Of a stretch of 61,843 nt of DNA, positions 58,911-61,843 are shown in pieces. The stretch comes from Patescibacteria group bacterium (GTDB lineage: Bacteria; Patescibacteriota; Minisyncoccia; Phycocordibacterales; UBA918), in NCBI GenBank assembly GCA_018608435.1, contig JABAZV010000012.1, positions 3,269 to 65,111 of the forward strand, given 5' to 3'. The number at the start of each line of letters is the position of its first letter. Position 1 is the first letter of the stretch. The position numbers and the translations under genes were made by a program. The notes beneath the pieces were generated by a model. It did not search any database, was not told the origin of the DNA, and saw only the letters and a program-made list of their open reading frames with translations.

Positions 58911-58946
58911 AAAGTACGGCGTTTAAACGCCGTACTTTTGCGTTTT
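58911..58946 (+). terminator. rho-independent terminator
   Basis: Stem AAAGTACGGCG/CGCCGTACTTT with loop TTTAAA, followed by TGCGTTTT. Confidence 0.8.
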
Positions 58947-58984
58947 AGGATATGTAAAAGTTATCAGTATCATGTTAATCTTGT

Positions 58985-59740
58985 ATGGAAATACCTATGA
59001 AAAAAATAATTACAGTGATACTAATAATCCTGCTAATTTCAGCAATTGCCTTTTTCTTTAATAAAGTTAGTACCGAGAATGGTCAAAGCGCAGGAGCAGT
59101 CACCCAAGTTGATCCTCTCGACATTGTCCTTGGTTTCTACAACGATTGGTTTGATGAACTTAAGAGCACTAGTAGCGATCCTTATATTGCAGGTCTCATG
59201 AAGTCAGAAGTACTTACAGAATCTGTGCAAACATACATTACAGCTACCGATCGCGACACTTCGTCAGTGTTTGATCCTGTTCTGTGTTTTGAAAAAATGC
59301 CACCACGTATTGGAGCCAAAGAAGTATACAAACTAGGAACGTCTGCCCAGTACACTATTTTGCCACGCGGAGTTGGTGGAGTTTCTGCCAAGCGAGCAAT
59401 TGTTGATCTTCAAGTGATAGATAACGAATGGAAGATATCTAACATTGAGTGTGTGGACGGAGAGTCTGTAGAAGATCGAGAGTTCACCTTTGAAAGAAGC
59501 GGCTATATCCTCAAGAGTGATGAAGAGCCGTTAACTTTAGACAGCTGGTACTTAATCTTTGAAGAAAACGGCAAAGAGGGACATCACGCACCACTTTTCT
59601 TTGATGCAAGCAGTATGTGTGAAATGACTGGAGAATCAGAGTCTGTTTGCGACGAATCAAGGTTTACAAACCCAAGTCCAGCAGCAGTAAAAGGGAACAT
59701 GACTGAGTCTGGAGTAAATGTAAAATGGATGAAGTTTTAG
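58985..59740 (+). CDS. membrane-anchored hypothetical protein (251 aa; alternative start ATG 58997)
   Basis: N-terminal TM IITVILIILLISAIAFFF followed by a soluble domain with 4 Cys. No family recognised. Confidence 0.7.
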   Translation: MEIPMKKIITVILIILLISAIAFFFNKVSTENGQSAGAVTQVDPLDIVLGFYNDWFDELKSTSSDPYIAGLMKSEVLTESVQTYITATDRDTSSVFDPVLCFEKMPPRIGAKEVYKLGTSAQYTILPRGVGGVSAKRAIVDLQVIDNEWKISNIECVDGESVEDREFTFERSGYILKSDEEPLTLDSWYLIFEENGKEGHHAPLFFDASSMCEMTGESESVCDESRFTNPSPAAVKGNMTESGVNVKWMKF

Positions 59741-59764
59741 TTTCAACCCTTAAACTAAAATCAA

Positions 59765-59803
59765 CAAAAGCGCATGTAAAATTTTTCATGCGCTTTTGTA
59801 TTT
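59765..59803 (+). terminator. rho-independent terminator
   Basis: Stem CAAAAGCGCATG/CATGCGCTTTTG with a 9-nt loop, followed by a T-rich tract. Confidence 0.75.
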
Positions 59804-59897
59804 AATGATAATTATTCTTATTAATCTATTTTCTTCTCAACAACCTTACCGTTAGTTACACAAAGGTTTTAAATAACAATGGTGTACAATATCTTTA

Positions 59898-61244
59898 ATG
59901 CAAAACCTCAACCGAGGACTAGTTGAAACCGTCGCTGCTATAGTAGTGTTTTTTCTCGGTATAGTACTAATTATTTTTACCCTGCATTATTTTGGGGTTA
60001 ATGTTATTCCTATCTTGGCTGTTGTAATTGCTATTGCACCGCTGTGGTTGCCGAGTATTCTGTTCTACATAACTTTCAACGAGTGGATGGATTATGTGCA
60101 TGAAAAGTTTATGTTTAAAAACGGACGCTCTACTGTGCGCATTATGCTTCCACAAGAAGTGCTGAAATCTCCAGAAGCAATGGAAAGCGTTTTTGCACAG
60201 CTTAACGATCCAGGTTTAGGCTACAACCACATGCAAACCTTTCTCGAAGGGAAGCATAACTTAGTGCTTAGTTTTGAGCTGGTTTCAATCGGAGGAGATG
60301 TGCGCTTTTACGCAAACATCCCATCTGGTAAGCGTAATATGCTTGAAGCACTGCTTTATGCTCAGTATCCAGGGATTGAAATACATACAGAAAAAATCGA
60401 TTACACAGGCGAAATTGTATGGAATGAAGACGAGTGGGAATTCATGTCTTTTCATATGGTAAAAAAGAAAGATGTTCACTTACCGATTAAAACTTACATA
60501 GATTTCAAGCATGACATGCAACCAAAAGAAGAGCTCAAGTACGAGCCTATGGCACCCATGCTTGAAGCTCTGGGTAAAGCTGCTCCGCATGAGCGATTTT
60601 GGATACAGATATTGCTCAAAGCGCACCGCCCAGAAGGCTTTTTGAAAAGTGGTTCTTTGTCTAAGTCTGAAACGTGGGAGAAAAAAACTCAAGAAGCCGT
60701 GGATGAACTAATGCAAAAGCGCGGCAAAGCTCCAGTAATGAGAGACGAAGGTGGGATTGAAGAGCAAGGAAACAATCCCATGCTCACAGCTTCTGATAGA
60801 GATACCGTGGCCTCTGTTGAGCGTAACGTAAGGAAATACGCTTATGACGTTGCTATTCGCTCAATGTACTTCACTAAACCGGGTAAGTTTAATGCCGGTG
60901 TAATGGGTCAAATGCTGCGTAGCTTCAGCGCTTACGACATTGTTGGTCAGAATGCTATCGGTGTTACGTGGCGAACAGACTTCGATTATCCGGGACTGTC
61001 TGACTTTTCTGGCCGTAGACGAACGCAGTTTAAAAAAGATGAACTCAAAGCTTACAAAATGCGCTCATATGACGCACGTGACATAAAAGGAGGATCTGAC
61101 AATATGAAAACTATGTCGGTTGAAGAATTGGCTACTATTTATCACATTCCAGGTACATCAGTGGCAACTCCTGGACTCAGCCGGGTTGAAACAGCGCGTA
61201 AAGAAGCGCCGCCAAATTTGCCTATTGGTAATTTGCCAACTTAA
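59898..61244 (+). CDS. membrane protein (448 aa), unknown function
   Basis: Two N-terminal TMs precede a soluble domain (SFELVSIGGDVRFYANIPSGKRNMLEALLYAQYPGIEI...). It ends EELATIYHIPG...APPNLP. Confidence 0.8.
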   Translation: MQNLNRGLVETVAAIVVFFLGIVLIIFTLHYFGVNVIPILAVVIAIAPLWLPSILFYITFNEWMDYVHEKFMFKNGRSTVRIMLPQEVLKSPEAMESVFAQLNDPGLGYNHMQTFLEGKHNLVLSFELVSIGGDVRFYANIPSGKRNMLEALLYAQYPGIEIHTEKIDYTGEIVWNEDEWEFMSFHMVKKKDVHLPIKTYIDFKHDMQPKEELKYEPMAPMLEALGKAAPHERFWIQILLKAHRPEGFLKSGSLSKSETWEKKTQEAVDELMQKRGKAPVMRDEGGIEEQGNNPMLTASDRDTVASVERNVRKYAYDVAIRSMYFTKPGKFNAGVMGQMLRSFSAYDIVGQNAIGVTWRTDFDYPGLSDFSGRRRTQFKKDELKAYKMRSYDARDIKGGSDNMKTMSVEELATIYHIPGTSVATPGLSRVETARKEAPPNLPIGNLPT

Positions 61245-61258
61245 TTATTGCACTTATC

Positions 61259-61843
61259 GTGTCCGACTTAGAATCTAAAGACAACATATCAGATGACTCG
61301 AACATAAATTCCTCTGAACAGGAAGCTTATTCTGAAGTAAATTTTTCGCCTGAAAGCGAGCTTCAGGCAAAGCATGTAGACACTGGTGTTCCTACTAGGG
61401 CAAAAATGTTGGTCAGACTGCTGGCCGGTTTTGTTGTTTTGTTTGTATGCATGATTGTGTTTATTGGTTGGTTTCTAGTATCTGCTAACCAGCCACCAGC
61501 TGCATTTCCACTGGAAGAACCGATTGTTATAGAAACAGGTGCCGATGTTAAGACTATTGCGTACCAGCTTGAGGAAGCGGGCGTGGTGCAGTCTAAGACA
61601 CTTTTGTACTATGCTTTTGTTGCGTTATATGACCCGACTACCATCAAAGCCAGCACTTACATTTTTGACGAACCACTCACAACGCTCGCGGTTGCAAAGC
61701 AGCTTACGCTAGGAGATTTCGATACAGATCTAATCAAGCTAACGCACATTGAAGGCGAGCGGGCCAGTACACTCGCTAGGCGTGCCGCAAGTATACTTCC
61801 TGAGTTTGATGAAGCTGCATTTGTTTCTATCGCTGAGCCATTG
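61259..61843 (+). CDS. mltG: endolytic murein transglycosylase MltG/YceG family, 3'-truncated by the window end
   Basis: This open frame runs to the window end and is not in the ORF track because it has no stop. It starts at GTG 61259 or ATG 61406. It has a TM LLAGFVVLFVCMIVFIGWFLV. The following PIVIETGADVKTIAYQLEEAGVVQSK...IKASTYIFDEPLTTLAVAKQLTLGD...THIEGERAS is typical of YceG-like proteins. Confidence 0.8.
   Translation, partial: MSDLESKDNISDDSNINSSEQEAYSEVNFSPESELQAKHVDTGVPTRAKMLVRLLAGFVVLFVCMIVFIGWFLVSANQPPAAFPLEEPIVIETGADVKTIAYQLEEAGVVQSKTLLYYAFVALYDPTTIKASTYIFDEPLTTLAVAKQLTLGDFDTDLIKLTHIEGERASTLARRAASILPEFDEAAFVSIAEPL

Noticed and set aside
1-61843. CRISPR arrays, transposases, integrases, rRNA, tmRNA, RNase P or SRP RNA
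   Set aside because: I saw no regularly spaced direct repeats, no recombinase- or transposase-like ORFs, and none of the conserved RNA motifs (such as GAGGAAAGTCC) on scanning the intergenic regions. A covariance-model scan would be needed to exclude small RNAs.

Overview
This is a 61.8-kb, moderately AT-rich bacterial fragment in which all but one or two genes read on the + strand. It uses standard stop codons, since conserved genes are intact under code 11.

The gene content looks like a Patescibacteria/CPR (Parcubacteria-like) genome: a short uvrC, many very large Ser/Thr-rich secreted or membrane-anchored proteins, cohesin- and dockerin-like modules, small CPR-type hypothetical proteins and weak Shine-Dalgarno signals. 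That taxonomic call is inference only.

Layout:
- (i) 1-3.6 kb: tRNA-Gln(CUG) with a 21-nt duplicate of its own 3' end 150 nt downstream. An AT-richer accessory islet follows, holding a DKNYY-repeat protein, an unknown 284-aa protein, a DUF5672-type gene broken by one in-frame TAA, and micro-ORFs. A ~33-nt motif punctuates the islet four times.
- (ii) 3.8-9.7 kb: an HI0933-type flavoprotein, unknowns, and a 944-aa acidic protein with five SD[DN][YF]VW repeats.
- (iii) 10.0-32.7 kb, the stand-out feature: a co-directional ~22-kb cell-envelope locus of 14-15 genes, all predicted secreted or membrane-anchored. It contains three cohesin-like proteins, two dockerin-bearing proteins and three DUF916/DUF3324-like anchored proteins. 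It also contains three proteins (626, 384 and 1849 aa) that share a C-terminal beta-rich module ending G-x-Y-x(3-5)-[TQ]Y-x-A-x-P-x-F, and a propeller-like acidic protein.
- (iv) 33-57 kb: mostly housekeeping genes (AI-2E transporter, CapA, FKBP, tgt, uvrB, uvrA, uvrC, ddl, tRNA-Ala, ychF). These are interleaved with a two-component system that brackets an 855-aa membrane protein carrying a histone-H1-like Lys/Ala/Pro tail, and with a 1394-aa surface protein.
- (v) 57-61.8 kb: small secreted or membrane unknowns and a 3'-truncated mltG.

I saw no CRISPR array, transposase, integrase or rRNA. All family assignments come from motif reading, not from searches.
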